Origin: Candidatus Woesebacteria bacterium
GTDB taxonomy: Bacteria; Patescibacteriota; Microgenomatia; UBA8517
Reading direction: 5' to 3'
DNA: 64,000 nt
Assembly (NCBI GenBank): GCA_013426185.1
Contig: CP058602.1
Span: 335,123-399,122 of the forward strand
The notes beneath the pieces were generated by a model that ran no database searches, was not told the origin of the DNA, and saw only the letters and a program-made list of their open reading frames with translations. Of the stretch, positions 10,230-19,323 are shown in pieces. The first letter of the stretch is position 1; every line of letters begins with the position of its first letter. The translations under genes and the position numbers were made by a program.

Positions 10230-11810
10230 TTATTCAGGCTTTCCTGAAGGATTATGAACCAATCTAAAAACCATCAGACCATCAACATTAAAGCTTTCGT
10301 CTATTTTGCTCCAACCAAAGTTAGCTACTTCGGCTTTAGGATTTGAAACAGGCTGACATTTAGTTTTGTCTTCATACTCGCAAACCACAAAGAGTTGATC
10401 AGTTATGGTTTCACTTGCTCTTTGAGGATCAATAATCACCACCGGCTCTTTCCAAAGTTCAAGAAAATAAAGATAAGCACCTTCATAGTTTCTTTCCGCA
10501 ATAACGGCAAGATTAAATCTTTGCCCTCTTGCCTCTTCAGCTATTTTCTTTGAGACATCGATTGTCCTTTGAAGTTGTCTTGAGGGGTTGTCACGAAGTG
10601 GAGAATTAACAAAAGAAAAAAATAAAAACAAAAAAATTAGAGGGACAAATAAAAACTTGCCATACCTTTTAAAAGTCACGAGCTCTTCTAGAAAAAATGA
10701 GAGAAGTAAAAACGGAGCTGGAAACAAAAAGCCAAAATAATGATCATAAATTTGTTCCTTATAGACACTAAGAACAAAAACAGAAACTAAAATCCAAGAT
10801 AAAACAAAGAAAAAAGCAACTACTTTCTTTGAATAAATTCTTCTTTTTAAATAAAAAACCACCTGTAAAAAGGAAAGCGAAAATAACAAAAAAGCAACAA
10901 TTTTACCAAACAAAATATTCTTACTCGCAAGAAGACGGGTAAAAACCAGATTCCATATCGTAAAAAAATGCAGGAAGGGAGACATAAAAGAATTTGAAAT
11001 AAAATCACTTCTTTCAAAAAAGAAATCCTTCATCGCCGTAAAATTTCGCCAGTTATATTTGGCATCAAAAACAACAAGAGGAGACATCAATAAAAGAAAG
11101 ATAACAACAGAAATCAGAAAATTCTTTAAAAGCTCTTTTTGCTTTCCTACTTTCTTTGATTTAATGAAAGAAAGTAGCAAAAAGATGCCAACGAAAGGCA
11201 AAAGCACTAGAGCAAGATAGTGTGACTGAAGACAAATAGCAAAGGATAAAGAAGCTAAAACTATATAAGAATATTTTTCTTCATACCAAAACTTAAAAGT
11301 GGAATAGATAACAAGAAGAGAAAAAAAGGGCATAATATTTGGATTCCAAGAATGCCTTGAAAAGATAATAACAACAGGAGAAAAAGCGTAAAGTAAAGCT
11401 GCTGTGAGCCCCGCCCGCCTGCCAAACCACTTATAGGCAAGATACCAAACAAAAAAAATAGTCAAGACACCAAGAAGTGCAACACCAACAGCAGGTCCTG
11501 TTGGATCAAAACGAAATAAAAACAAAAATGGGGCCATAAAATAATAATAAAAAGGCCCAAGATACATATTGCCAACCGATGTGCCAGGGCCAACAAAGAC
11601 TAAATCATGATCAAGCAATAGTCTCTTAACCACCAAGGCGTCCCTACCCTCATCACCCAAGAAAGTCATATATTCTGAGATCTTGTACAAACGGAAAAAA
11701 GCCCCAACTATCAAAATCAAAATAAGAATTAGAGAATACACCTTATTCTTTTTTATAAAATTAAGAGATCTAAAAATAAAGGAGTTAATCTTCATATTAG
11801 TTTCCACCAA
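10230..11810 (-). CDS. GT-C family membrane glycosyltransferase (tandem paralogue 2)
   Basis: 526 aa polytopic. FLGDEGRDALVV loop-1 DE motif. Adjacent and co-oriented with its paralogue. Confidence 0.6.
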   Translation of the reverse strand: MVETNMKINSFIFRSLNFIKKNKVYSLILILILIVGAFFRLYKISEYMTFLGDEGRDALVVKRLLLDHDLVFVGPGTSVGNMYLGPFYYYFMAPFLFLFRFDPTGPAVGVALLGVLTIFFVWYLAYKWFGRRAGLTAALLYAFSPVVIIFSRHSWNPNIMPFFSLLVIYSTFKFWYEEKYSYIVLASLSFAICLQSHYLALVLLPFVGIFLLLSFIKSKKVGKQKELLKNFLISVVIFLLLMSPLVVFDAKYNWRNFTAMKDFFFERSDFISNSFMSPFLHFFTIWNLVFTRLLASKNILFGKIVAFLLFSLSFLQVVFYLKRRIYSKKVVAFFFVLSWILVSVFVLSVYKEQIYDHYFGFLFPAPFLLLSFFLEELVTFKRYGKFLFVPLIFLFLFFSFVNSPLRDNPSRQLQRTIDVSKKIAEEARGQRFNLAVIAERNYEGAYLYFLELWKEPVVIIDPQRASETITDQLFVVCEYEDKTKCQPVSNPKAEVANFGWSKIDESFNVDGLMVFRLVHNPSGKPE

Positions 11811-12499
11811 AGTTTGAACAAGTCAGAAAAGCTTTTAACTATTACCTTAATACTTCTTCCTGTCGCTTTGCCCGCTTTTCTCGGGTAATGACTAACTGGT
11901 ATTTCTACAATTTTAAATCCTGCTCTTTTTGCTTTAATAAGAAGCTCACTGGAGATAAAAGCACCTCTTTCTGATTCAAGAGGTGGTATTTTTTCAATTA
12001 CTTTTCTTGAAATAAGTTTAAAACCACAATCGATATCTTTAACTTTAAGGCCAAATAGAACAAAAACCAAAGCTTCCCAAATTTTGCTGGTTAAAATTTT
12101 AAACAAAGTCTCTTGCCTCTTTCTGTAAAAACCAATAACCAAATCAGCATTGGTCTTCTCCTCCGTCTCAATAAAATTAGTTATCTCAGAAAAATCAAAT
12201 TGTCCGTCAGAATCGGTAAAGGCAATCCACTCGAAACTAGAATTATAAAGTCCACTTTTAAGCGAAGCACCATAACCTCTATTAATCTCATGATTAATAA
12301 TTTTTATACGAGGGTCACTTTTTGACAAACTTTGTGCCACTTTTAAGGTGTTATCCTTTGAACCATCATTTATAATCAAGATCTCCCAATCTTTAAGTCT
12401 TAACTTATCAAGAACCTCTTTAGCCTTAAGAACAGTATTTTTGATGTTAGCCTCTTCGTTATAAGCAGGAAAGAAAACAGACAAACGACTAATTTCCAT
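11792..12499 (-). CDS. GT2 family glycosyltransferase, polyprenol-phosphate sugar synthase type
   Basis: FFPAYNEEANI...LIINDGSKDNT...HEINRGYGASLKSG motifs of Dpm1/GtrB-like GT2. 235 aa. Confidence 0.8.
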   Translation of the reverse strand: MEISRLSVFFPAYNEEANIKNTVLKAKEVLDKLRLKDWEILIINDGSKDNTLKVAQSLSKSDPRIKIINHEINRGYGASLKSGLYNSSFEWIAFTDSDGQFDFSEITNFIETEEKTNADLVIGFYRKRQETLFKILTSKIWEALVFVLFGLKVKDIDCGFKLISRKVIEKIPPLESERGAFISSELLIKAKRAGFKIVEIPVSHYPRKAGKATGRSIKVIVKSFSDLFKLWWKLI

Positions 12500-12601
12500 T
12501 AATCATAGTCTAGCAAAAAGCTAAAACTTTATAAACTACCCTACAAAGACCAGAACTTATATAACTTGTGAAATTAAGCCTAAAATAGTATCATCTAATT
12601 A

Positions 12602-13762
12602 ATGAAAAAGAAGATAAGGGATTTTATCTTTATCAGCCTGATAACTATTATCCCTACTTTACTCATTTGGCTACCATTTTTTGCAAAAATTGAAAATTTC
12701 TGGACCATCCCGCTTGGTAAAGAGGGGATGGCAACTGTGGTTGCCAACTATGACGGACCTCTTTATATTGTGGTGGCTAAATCTCTCTATAATACAGAAG
12801 TCATCAAACAGATCACTTCTTTTCCGCTGCCAGTCGAATATTATGCCGCACATTTCCCCTTATATCCGCTACTAATTAGAACACTAGCAACATTTTTAGG
12901 CTTTCCCTACTCAATGCTTCTCTCAACCGTTCTCTCGTCAATCTTTTGCGTATATTACTTCTACAAACTTGCCAAAATAGAACTTGATGACAACAAAGCT
13001 AAGTGGTTAACCTTCATTTTTTCCATCTTTCCCGCAAGATGGTTAATAACAAGATCCGTAGGCTCTCCAGAACCACTTTTACTAGGCGCAATACTTGCTT
13101 CAACCTACTACTTTCTAAGGAAAGAGTATCTTAAATCAGCCTTAATGGGAGCTCTTGCCCAGCTAACAAAATCCGTCGGAATACTCCTTTTTATCGCCTA
13201 TTCAATTACAATATTTATTGAAAATTTAGCAAGAATATCAAGTATCAAAAAAAGCAAAAAGCTTGCCTTTTCTGATATTTCAAAATATCTTCCTCTTGTT
13301 TTTATCCCCTCATCATTACTTATAGTTTTTGCAATCTATCAAGTAAAATTCAACGATTTCCTTGCCTATTTTCATTCGGGAGACAACATCCACCTTTTCT
13401 TTCCACCTTTTCAAGTTTTCAACTATTCAGCGCCGTGGGTAGGAACATTTTGGCTGGAAGAAATAATATTTATTTACTTGGTTAGCACATGGGGGATTAT
13501 CAAGTTGGCAAAAGACAAAAAAACAGTTTTTGCTTCAATTGCAGGAGTTTTTTTACTCTCAATCTTCTTTGTCTCCCACCGCGATATTCTCAGATATCTT
13601 TTACCAGCCACTCCATTTCTGCTTTTTGCTTATAAAGACATTCTTCTAAAAAAAGAATTTAGACCAATTATTTTATTAATTATTATCCCAATATATCTCT
13701 TTTCTCTTGCATTTATCTCCCAAAACAAAATGCCCATTGCCGATTGGGCACCGCTCCTTTAG
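12602..13762 (+). CDS. Polytopic membrane protein, possible mannosyltransferase-like GT-C protein
   Basis: 386 aa, about 10 TM helices. No soluble domain. Located inside the glycosylation island. No specific motif recognised. Confidence 0.4.
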   Translation: MKKKIRDFIFISLITIIPTLLIWLPFFAKIENFWTIPLGKEGMATVVANYDGPLYIVVAKSLYNTEVIKQITSFPLPVEYYAAHFPLYPLLIRTLATFLGFPYSMLLSTVLSSIFCVYYFYKLAKIELDDNKAKWLTFIFSIFPARWLITRSVGSPEPLLLGAILASTYYFLRKEYLKSALMGALAQLTKSVGILLFIAYSITIFIENLARISSIKKSKKLAFSDISKYLPLVFIPSSLLIVFAIYQVKFNDFLAYFHSGDNIHLFFPPFQVFNYSAPWVGTFWLEEIIFIYLVSTWGIIKLAKDKKTVFASIAGVFLLSIFFVSHRDILRYLLPATPFLLFAYKDILLKKEFRPIILLIIIPIYLFSLAFISQNKMPIADWAPLL

Positions 13763-13911
13763 AAAAAACACATAAAGCCATCAAAGTTCCATCGTTCAAT
13801 CAATTGCTATAACACACCCTAAACGAAAGTCCCCCATCTATCCATACTGCCTAGCTCAATGTATTAAAGTTGAGAGAGTTTGAGAATAAAAGAAACTTAA
13901 AATACTTTTGT

Positions 13912-14106
13912 ATGAGTGAAGTTCCACGTTATTGGCGTCTAAGAGAACAACTTCTAAGACTAGAGGGTTCAAACTGCCAAAGTTGTAAAATAGTTCATTT
14001 CCCTCCAAGAGAAGTCTGCCCTGATTGCGGATTTAAAGCCAATGGAAATAATAAAAAAGACGTCTTTGAAAAACCCAAGAAAGCTATACCTCAAGATCAA
14101 CAGTAA
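13912..14106 (+). CDS. Small zinc-ribbon protein (CxxC...CxxC)
   Basis: Track ORF 13870..14106 begins with TTG. The internal ATG at about 13912 gives MSEVPRYWRLREQLLRLEGSNCQSCKIVHFPPREVCPDCGF, a rubredoxin-like zinc ribbon. 3' end overlaps the convergent gene by 23 nt. Confidence 0.45.
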   Translation: MSEVPRYWRLREQLLRLEGSNCQSCKIVHFPPREVCPDCGFKANGNNKKDVFEKPKKAIPQDQQ

Positions 14107-14956
14107 AAGTTGCTAATTCTTTATTAATCAAAGAAGAGTCCTGCAAAGGATTAATAACCAAATTTCGTTTAACAAGATTCAAGTACTTCAAATAACCAAA
14201 AATAGCCTCTTTTACACCGAGACGCAAACGAGCATTATCCCTCAAAATCTCATAAGCATCATAAAACTTATAATCCTTCAGTTTGAAACTCGAGAACTTA
14301 GACAAAGAACACATCTCTTTTGGCAAGACCAAGTTGTAAACTGCAACCCTAACATCAGCAATATCAAGATACATAAAAGGCTCAAGATAAGAAGGAACAA
14401 CACCGAAAGGAAAATTGCCCTTAATCACAAGTTCAGTAAAAACCTCTTGTTGTAAAATGCGGATAACTCCAGTTTTTCTACTATCTCTTTTCCTTGAGTA
14501 GCCCATTGGTAAAGACAAAAGACCGTATTCTTTTCCAAGTTCAAAATAAGGTGTACTAATATCTTTTGCCAGTAAAACTTTATATGGATTGTTAAAAGGA
14601 GAAATAACCAAAGCTACACCGACTCTTCTAGTTAGCCCCTGCTTCATATATGAATAAATCCTGTAAATTGTCTTAAGCGAAGTTTGGAAAGACAAAGGCA
14701 TTTTTTTGTAAATACTCTCAATATCAGCGGTATCTTTAACAAGATGCTCAAAAAAAAGAATTGTTTCTGATATGCGACTATTCGGACCAGCAGTCTTGAC
14801 AACACCATATTTATCAAGAACCCTCTGATAAGTAGCAGGAGATACAGGCAAAGCAAAACGATAGTGCCTTAAAACCCGATCAACAGATCCAAATCTAAAA
14901 TATTCGCGTACCAAAAATTGGCTAAAATCTGGCTCTTTTTGAGGGAATGAGGACAT
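14084..14956 (-). CDS. Hypothetical protein (about 290 aa), possibly a degenerate Nudix-like fold
   Basis: Track ORF extends to 15043 and overlaps the upstream gene. Internal Met (MSSFPQKEPDF) at about 14956 abuts the stop of 14958..16097. A weak G-x5-[DE]-x7-R pattern is not convincing. Confidence 0.45.
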   Translation of the reverse strand: MSSFPQKEPDFSQFLVREYFRFGSVDRVLRHYRFALPVSPATYQRVLDKYGVVKTAGPNSRISETILFFEHLVKDTADIESIYKKMPLSFQTSLKTIYRIYSYMKQGLTRRVGVALVISPFNNPYKVLLAKDISTPYFELGKEYGLLSLPMGYSRKRDSRKTGVIRILQQEVFTELVIKGNFPFGVVPSYLEPFMYLDIADVRVAVYNLVLPKEMCSLSKFSSFKLKDYKFYDAYEILRDNARLRLGVKEAIFGYLKYLNLVKRNLVINPLQDSSLINKELATFTVDLEV

Positions 14957-14957
14957 C

Positions 14958-16097
14958 TTACTTTCTCTGCCAAGGCAGCTTCCAAGTTTTCCAAATAACA
15001 GCGTTGTACATAAAATAATTATAAGGCAGGACCAAGAAGACAATGATAAATGGTAGCATTAATTGCCTCGCTCCGATTCCAAAAATAAGATCGCCGATAT
15101 TGCCAGCAACAGTTTGAATAATTAAAGCTCCCATGCTAGTCAAATTAAACTGCAAGAATTTATAAATTATATTCTTGATACCCTTTATTTTTTCTTGCTT
15201 GAAAGTCCAAAGATTATTAAGTGTAAAATTACTGATAATTGCAAGTTCAACAGGCAAACTCCAAGCGAAAAGACCGGGAACTCCAACAGAAGTCATAATC
15301 TTAAGAGATATGGCATTCACAAGATAACCAATAAAACCAACAGTTCCGAATTTGATAAATCTTTGCTTATCCTTGATACCCAAGATGATAGCTACTTTAA
15401 ATGTAGTTGTCATTTCTTTGGGATTAAATTTTGATTTTTCTTTTAGGCGAGGTTTAAACTCAAGAGGAACTTCCTTAACTTTCTTAGCATTTTTAATGCT
15501 TTGATAAAGCAAATCAACTTTATAAGCAAACCTCTCTTTAGCCATCAAATTATCAAGATCAATTTTGTTTAAGACTCCATCAACTTTAGTCAACCTAAAG
15601 CCGGTGGTCATATCATGGATATTAAATTTAAGCCAAACAAGACGAATAAAAAGATTCCCCAAATAACTAACCACTTTTCTTGAAAAAGCCCATTCTTTGG
15701 GAACAGAGCCGCCGGGTATATAACGGCTGCCAATAACATAATCAGCTCCATCAAGATAAGCGTCAACCATTCTTTTGACATTGTCAGGCGGATGCTGGCC
15801 ATCAGCATCCATCTCCATCACTGCATCAGCTTTAAGTTCATTCATAGCATACTTAAAACCAGCCACATAATCTGCACCTAAACCTTCTTTTTCCTTTTTC
15901 AAAAGATGGAGATTCGCAAACTTTTTCATCTTTTCCTCAACAATTTTTGCAGTACCATCAGGAGAGTTAGCATCAACAACCAAAAGATGCATATCTGCTT
16001 TTATTTTTGGGAATTCCTTAACCAAAAGCTCATCAATCATCCAACCTATATTCTCCGCCTCGTTAAAAGTAGGCATCACAATGACAACTCTTTGCAT
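14958..16097 (-). CDS. GtrB-like polyprenol-phosphate glycosyltransferase (GT2) fused to C-terminal GtrA-like 4-TM domain
   Basis: N-terminus VIVMPTFNEAENI...VVDANSPDGT...DADGQHPP (DPM1/GtrB). C-terminal 120 aa RFIKFGTVGFIGYLVNAISL...NFTLNNLWTFK (GtrA family). Confidence 0.8.
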   Translation of the reverse strand: MQRVVIVMPTFNEAENIGWMIDELLVKEFPKIKADMHLLVVDANSPDGTAKIVEEKMKKFANLHLLKKEKEGLGADYVAGFKYAMNELKADAVMEMDADGQHPPDNVKRMVDAYLDGADYVIGSRYIPGGSVPKEWAFSRKVVSYLGNLFIRLVWLKFNIHDMTTGFRLTKVDGVLNKIDLDNLMAKERFAYKVDLLYQSIKNAKKVKEVPLEFKPRLKEKSKFNPKEMTTTFKVAIILGIKDKQRFIKFGTVGFIGYLVNAISLKIMTSVGVPGLFAWSLPVELAIISNFTLNNLWTFKQEKIKGIKNIIYKFLQFNLTSMGALIIQTVAGNIGDLIFGIGARQLMLPFIIVFLVLPYNYFMYNAVIWKTWKLPWQRK

Positions 16098-16139
16098 ATT
16101 TTTATCTTACAACAGCAAGATAATTGAGTAAAGAAGAAA

Positions 16140-16400
16140 AAATAACAAAGGCTCCAGACAAGGTTAGGACAAGGTCCGACCCTGTACAACAAAACTAAAT
16201 TTTGAAGCTAAAAAATGGTGGCTTTTGACAAGGACGGACCTTGTCATTGGATACCAGATGAGTATCTGGCCATCCTTGTCTTCTTGCAGCCTGTTTTTGA
16301 GCCGCAACGCAAGGAGAAGAACCTGTAATAGACGAGTAAATTGAAACTAAAGATAACAGAGCATACCACTCGAGGAAAAATAGAAAGATACTTAAAACCA
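16140..16400 (-). ncRNA. Candidate structured RNA of unknown class (GC-rich element in the leader/intergenic region)
   Basis: About 260 nt with clearly higher GC than surroundings. Multiple nested hairpins: ttgacaaggacggaccttgtca, ccagatgagtatctgg, tcttcttgc...gcaaggagaaga. No credible ORF (68-aa track ORF has no SD). Strand assigned from flanking genes. Could not match to tmRNA, SRP or RNase P motifs. Confidence 0.25.
16225..16246 (+). repeat. GC-rich palindromic element, family P2 (tgacaagg-acgga-ccttgtca), copy 1
   Basis: 8-bp stem with 5-nt loop. Near-identical copies at about 57212..57234 (+) and 60236..60260 (-). Confidence 0.7.
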
Positions 16401-16478
16401 CATTCTCCCTAACTCAACAGTTTTCTCAAGAGTCCTTTTAACTTTAGTCAAATATGTTAGAAAGAAAAACAAAGAGTT

Positions 16479-16772
16479 CTAAAAGCTGGAGAAATCGCTA
16501 TCCAATTGCTTGAGGCCTGAATCAATATCAACCGTTGTCGAATCAAGTTCCTTTGACAAATTATCAAGGTCGGAAGCGTCTTTAATTTCTGAAACAGAGC
16601 CGGGAATAGGATTTGACCCCTGATAATACTTTTCAACGCTTGGCGGCAAACTAGTTTTACTCTCTTCTTGCGTCTCTTTCATCTTTTTGCTATTCCAAAG
16701 CAAAAAGCCAGCTACCAAAAGAAGAACAGCTGCCGAAACTCCCAAAATAATAATTGTTTTTTTGTCTTTCAT
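16479..16772 (-). CDS. Small membrane-anchored/secreted protein
   Basis: 97 aa, N-terminal TM/signal anchor (IIILGVSAAVLLLVAGFLLW), acidic C-terminus. Confidence 0.5.
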   Translation of the reverse strand: MKDKKTIIILGVSAAVLLLVAGFLLWNSKKMKETQEESKTSLPPSVEKYYQGSNPIPGSVSEIKDASDLDNLSKELDSTTVDIDSGLKQLDSDFSSF

Positions 16773-16774
16773 AA

Positions 16775-17410
16775 TTATTCAGCTTCAGGACTTGCAACAG
16801 GTGTTGGTTTAGCCACTTCACCTGCCACCTTTCTCATCGCGACTAAGAGATTTTTAATTGCTTTTCTATATTCAAAGAGCTTAGTTTTTGTCTCCTGCAT
16901 TGCTAGTCTAAATTCCTTATAAACCTCCTTTGGGTTATCTCCATCGCAACTAAATTCATCAACAATTTTTGAAGCCTTATCTAAAGAAGCAACAGCCTCA
17001 GCTCTAGTTCTTTCAATCTCGGCCAAAAGATCATTGTAATTGGAAACAGTCTTACCATTAGGAACCATCTTTTCTTCGTAAAACTTCTTTAAATTTTCCA
17101 CCCAACCATCCATCCTCTTAAGAGCTTCCGTTGCCAGTCTCAAAAGAGATTTCTTCCTATTCTTTATAGCTTCTTCTCTTGCCCTACAGGCTTTAAGTTT
17201 TTTGCCTTCAAGCATATCTTTTACTCTTTCTCTTACTTCTTCTCTGTTTTGAACTCTGACAGGAGATGAAGAAGGAGAAGAGAGATTAACTCCCATATTT
17301 TCTCTTAGATTCAATCTCACTGATTCATCCTCTGCAAAAGCCAAGGAAAAAGAAAAAACAAGAAGAGCTAAAGAAGCTAAAAACCCTGCAAATACTTTTC
17401 TCATCATCAT
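16775..17410 (-). CDS. Secreted coiled-coil protein, hypothetical
   Basis: Track ORF to 17440. Likely start at the MMM triplet (about 17410), giving signal peptide MMMRKVFAGFLASLALLVFSFSLAFA. Charged helical remainder. Confidence 0.5.
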   Translation of the reverse strand: MMMRKVFAGFLASLALLVFSFSLAFAEDESVRLNLRENMGVNLSSPSSSPVRVQNREEVRERVKDMLEGKKLKACRAREEAIKNRKKSLLRLATEALKRMDGWVENLKKFYEEKMVPNGKTVSNYNDLLAEIERTRAEAVASLDKASKIVDEFSCDGDNPKEVYKEFRLAMQETKTKLFEYRKAIKNLLVAMRKVAGEVAKPTPVASPEAE

Positions 17411-17436
17411 CAATCTAAAATAAGAGAGAAAAAAAG

Positions 17437-18672
17437 TCAAGACACAACTTCTATCTTCTTCTTACCAAAATAAGGCCTCAAAACACTAGGGACAACAACC
17501 GACCCATCTTTTTCCTGGAAGTTCTCATAAATTGCAACCATCGCTCTGCCTAAAGCCAAAACCGTTCCGTTAAGAGTATGCAAATATTCGCTTTTATCTC
17601 CCCTTTTTACTTTTATTCCCAGCCTTCTTGCCTGAAAATCTGTGGTATTGCTGGTTGATGTAACCTCACGATATTTATTTTGAGACGGCATCCAAGCCTC
17701 AATGTCATATTTTCTTGAAGCAGCATTGCCCAAATCACCTGTTGCCATTTTTACTACATGATAAGGAATCCCCAAATCCTGCCATATTTCCTCCTCAATC
17801 GACAAAAGCTTTTTATGCCAATCGTCAGACTCCTCAGGAAGACAAAAAACGACCATCTCCACTTTTCTAAACTCATGAACTCTTATTATTCCTCTTACAT
17901 CCTTGCCATAGCTTCCTGCCTCAGTACGATAGCAGGAAGAAAAACCTACATATTTTTTAGGCAAATCTTTGGCATTTAAAATTTCATCTGTGTGCATGCC
18001 AACAAGAGTAATCTCAGCAGTCCCAATTAAATCCAAATCCTCGCCTTCAATATGATATATCTGTCTTTCCTTCTCACTTCTTGCCTGAAAACCGCAACCA
18101 ACAACATTCCTTTCTTTGGCTACATTTGGAGTAATAACAGGCAAAAAGCCATGTTTTATTAACTTATCAAAAGCAAAACGTACCAAAGAAAGTTCAAGCA
18201 AAGCTCCATCACCTTTCAAATAATAAAAACCAGACTGAGCGACTTTGGTTCCCCTATTTAGATCAATTGTTTGAGTCAAATCACCAATTTCAACATGATC
18301 CCGTACACGAAAATCAAACTTACGAGGCTCGCCAAATTTCTTAATAACCTCATTTTCCTCGGGGCTTCCAACTTTTACATCAGGAGCTGAAGGATTGGGA
18401 ACTTTAAGAAGCAATTCTTTATACTCTTCTTCAATATTCTTAAGTTCTTCTTCTTTTGTCTTAAGCTCAGCTTTAATCTTCCTACCCTCTTCCTGACCTT
18501 CCCTACCCAATTTATTCTTTCTTGCGCGCAGAGATTCAACCTCAACTATCAATTCCCTTCGCTTCTTGTCTTTTTCAAGTAATAAATCTATAACACTTGA
18601 GTCAAAACCCTTAGCTTTAGTCGCTTCTTTAAAAAAATTGGGGTTATCGCGCAAAAGATTAATATCTATCAT
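17437..18672 (-). CDS. serS: Seryl-tRNA synthetase
   Basis: 411 aa. N-terminal coiled-coil arm, class II aaRS motifs (GFSSCYRTEAGSYGKDVRGIIRVHEFRKVEMVVF, LNGTVLALGRAMVAIYENFQ). Confidence 0.9.
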   Translation of the reverse strand: MIDINLLRDNPNFFKEATKAKGFDSSVIDLLLEKDKKRRELIVEVESLRARKNKLGREGQEEGRKIKAELKTKEEELKNIEEEYKELLLKVPNPSAPDVKVGSPEENEVIKKFGEPRKFDFRVRDHVEIGDLTQTIDLNRGTKVAQSGFYYLKGDGALLELSLVRFAFDKLIKHGFLPVITPNVAKERNVVGCGFQARSEKERQIYHIEGEDLDLIGTAEITLVGMHTDEILNAKDLPKKYVGFSSCYRTEAGSYGKDVRGIIRVHEFRKVEMVVFCLPEESDDWHKKLLSIEEEIWQDLGIPYHVVKMATGDLGNAASRKYDIEAWMPSQNKYREVTSTSNTTDFQARRLGIKVKRGDKSEYLHTLNGTVLALGRAMVAIYENFQEKDGSVVVPSVLRPYFGKKKIEVVS

Positions 18673-18684
18673 TGGCTCATTATA

Positions 18685-19323
18685 CTACAAACCAATCTCG
18701 TCTGAGATAGATTGAAGAGCTTCAAGTCCAATTTGTAAAAATTCATCAAGAGTAATACCCAAAAGCTCGGCCTCCTTGATAATTTCGCGGTTGCAGCCGC
18801 GAGCAAAACCAGAGCTTCTAAATTTTTTCTTCAAAGAATCAAGAGAAACGCTCTTTAATTTTTTATCGGGCTGAACCAAAGCTGAAGCAACAATCAATCC
18901 GGTTAAAGTTTCAGAAGCAGCAAGAGCATGTTGAAGCTTGGTCTTTCTTTCATAAGCGGCAAAAGCAGGCACTCCACCCTTTCCCCAAGCGTGAGATTGA
19001 ATAGTCTCAATCAAAAAGGGTGTGGCACCTGCCTCTTTCAAAATGCTCTCGGCAAAAAGACAATGCTTCTCGGGATTCTCTTTTGTTAAATCCCAATCTA
19101 TATCATGAAGAAGACCAATTAATCCCCAAGCTTCTGATGTCTCATCACGGGTCATTTGAGCTTTATCTTCCTCGTCTAAAAGCCCTTTGTCATAAAGATA
19201 AGAAGCCAGACTAGACATTATAGCCTCTGACTCAAGCAGGTGATATTTGGTTATCTGATTTTTGATATTTTTCTCAATCAACTCTTGAGCTTTTTTTCTG
19301 TCAATTCCCAACCTATCCATCAT
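18685..19323 (-). CDS. HD-domain phosphohydrolase
   Basis: LIGLLHDIDWDL HD motif. Track ORF extends to 19383, overlapping lysS. Internal MMDRLG start at about 19323 abuts the lysS stop. Confidence 0.65.
   Translation of the reverse strand: MMDRLGIDRKKAQELIEKNIKNQITKYHLLESEAIMSSLASYLYDKGLLDEEDKAQMTRDETSEAWGLIGLLHDIDWDLTKENPEKHCLFAESILKEAGATPFLIETIQSHAWGKGGVPAFAAYERKTKLQHALAASETLTGLIVASALVQPDKKLKSVSLDSLKKKFRSSGFARGCNREIIKEAELLGITLDEFLQIGLEALQSISDEIGL

Noticed and set aside
16140-16400. tmRNA or SRP RNA identity for the GC-rich element
   Set aside because: No tRNA-like 5' GGGG / 3' T-arm-CCA ends and no tag-peptide ORF ending in AA-stop. No GNRA-capped helix-8 motif (AGG..CCGGAAGG..AGCAGC)-like sequence on either strand.
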